Source: Mobula hypostoma (taxonomy: Eukaryota). From it: a stretch of 64,000 nucleotides of DNA. The position numbers and the translations under genes were made by a program. The notes below the pieces were generated by a model. That model worked only from the letters and a program-made list of their open reading frames with translations. It did no database searches and was not told where the DNA came from. Shown here piece by piece: positions 63,544 to 64,000 of the stretch. Within the stretch, counting starts at the first letter, position 1. Each line of letters opens with the position of its first letter. The DNA is taken from assembly GCF_963921235.1 (NCBI RefSeq), contig NC_086097.1, forward strand, positions 223,202,001 through 223,266,000, written 5' to 3'.

Positions 63544-64000
63544 TGTTCTACTCCAGCATTTGCACTCTCGTGTCTCCATAATGTGACAAAGCTCACCCCC
63601 CCCGCCGATTATCTTCTTAACCTCTTGATACGCAGTTGAAAAAAATTTACTGTTCATTTAATTCTTACACCTGGTTACTAGGAGACATTTTGCTGCAGAA
63701 ATTAAAGTATTACTTGAAAATGAGTTTGGACTGTACTTCTAAGCTATCAAACACTACTGTAGTTCCTTCAAAAATCAATTAGTAAATTTCCAGAAATTGC
63801 CTGCAAATAAGAGACTTCTCTCGAAGTAAATATACATCATAATCTGGTGTTTCATAGTTTTCTTCTCCTTGTTCATTTACCAATTCATCCCACTCTCACG
63901 TTTGCTTAGGTCACAGATGAGAACAAGAAGGTTTTTGCTCTGGATGACTCTGTAATTATCCAAACAATTAAGTTTCATCCTGAGCCATGGAGGAAGATTT

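Noticed and set aside
63909..64000. Plus-strand acceptor-like site followed by an open frame VTDENKKVFALDDSVIIQTIKFHPEPWRKI
   Set aside because: Short, cut by the window edge, antisense to STAU2 and with no recognised homolog.
21246..64000. Search for the upstream STAU2 exon (…SHDQ, dsRBD5)
   Set aside because: Not found by eye; it probably lies beyond the window, consistent with a very large intron.

Overview
Vertebrate genomic DNA. The repeat landscape (CR1 LINEs with microsatellite tails, V-SINE/HE1-like SINEs, palindromic Penelope-derived repeats) suggests a cartilaginous fish, probably a ray; this is inference. The window holds the convergent 3' ends of two genes that the ORF track misses. 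RDH10's last coding exon is on + at 599-722. STAU2's (Staufen2) last two coding exons are on - at 21157-21245 and 9424-9556. This is the same tail-to-tail order as in tetrapods. Everything beyond 21246 appears to be one large STAU2 intron packed with nested retroelements: a full-length L1-clade LINE with an 8-bp TSD and only four lesions, young and old CR1 LINEs (some with an SGNH-esterase ORF1), Rex1/Babar-like LINEs, Penelope remnants with decayed minimal hammerhead-ribozyme motifs, and SINEs. A Tc1 remnant and a Harbinger-like MITE lie nearer the gene ends. I found no convincing wholly new system. The best leads are: a probable stop-loss C-terminal extension and an intronic-polyadenylation isoform of STAU2; a ~2.1-kb near-identical inverted CR1 pair inside the pre-mRNA of a dsRNA-binding protein gene; a ~60-bp hairpin in the RDH10 3' region; a hammerhead-bearing palindromic repeat family; and tail-microhomology and twin-priming insertion signatures. 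Boundaries of old repeats are approximate.
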